Shown one piece after another: positions 63,840-64,000 of a DNA stretch of 64,000 nucleotides (position 1 is its first letter; every line of letters starts with the position of its first letter). Source of the DNA: Vicugna vicugna (taxonomy: Eukaryota); assembly GCA_013265495.1 (NCBI GenBank), contig MU058034.1:186001-250000 (forward strand). Direction: 5' to 3'. Under the pieces are notes generated by a model, which was given only the letters and a program-made list of their open reading frames with translations, was not told where the DNA came from and made no database searches. Position numbers and translations under genes: made by a program.

Positions 63840-64000
63840 TAAAAAATTAAAAATAGAGCTATCATATGATCCAGAAATCCCACTTCTGGGTATATATTCA
63901 AAGGAAACAAAATCAGTATCTCCAAGAGATACCTGCACTCCCATGTTCATTGCAGCATTATCCACAGTAGCCAAGATACGGGAACAAAATATACAACATC
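63840..64000 (+). mobile_element. LINE-1 ORF2 3'-end fragment, cut by the window end
   Basis: aaaatagagctatcatatgatccagaaatcccacttctgggtatatattcaaagga...cccatgttcattgcagcatta. Confidence 0.92.

Overview
AT-rich, CpG-depleted placental-mammal DNA that looks intergenic or deep-intronic. I find no supportable protein-coding gene, RNA gene, CRISPR array or novel multi-gene system. Every ORF with recognisable protein similarity is a decayed LINE-1 ORF2 fragment; the rest look like chance ORFs. Roughly half the window is recognisable repeat: old and lineage-specific L1, L2, MIR, CR1/L3, MaLR/ERVL LTRs, an ERV1 (MER41-like) solo LTR, hAT-Charlie MER elements and microsatellites. There is also one 55-N assembly gap. 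From memory, the young L1 3' UTRs resemble camelid L1, and I see no Alu, B1/B2, Bov-A/tA or PRE SINEs, so a camelid or other cetartiodactyl source is likely (inference). The best observations are insertion anatomy: a 393-bp non-L1 segment inside an L1 ORF2, a 5'-inverted L1 in an MLT1 LTR, an L1 with a 27-bp flanking duplication next to the gap, and two L1s with near-complementary internal deletions. There are also a diverged 55-bp tandem duplication and weak enhancer and microexon candidates. Repeat subfamily names are by-eye calls, and boundaries are approximate unless a target-site duplication (TSD) is quoted.
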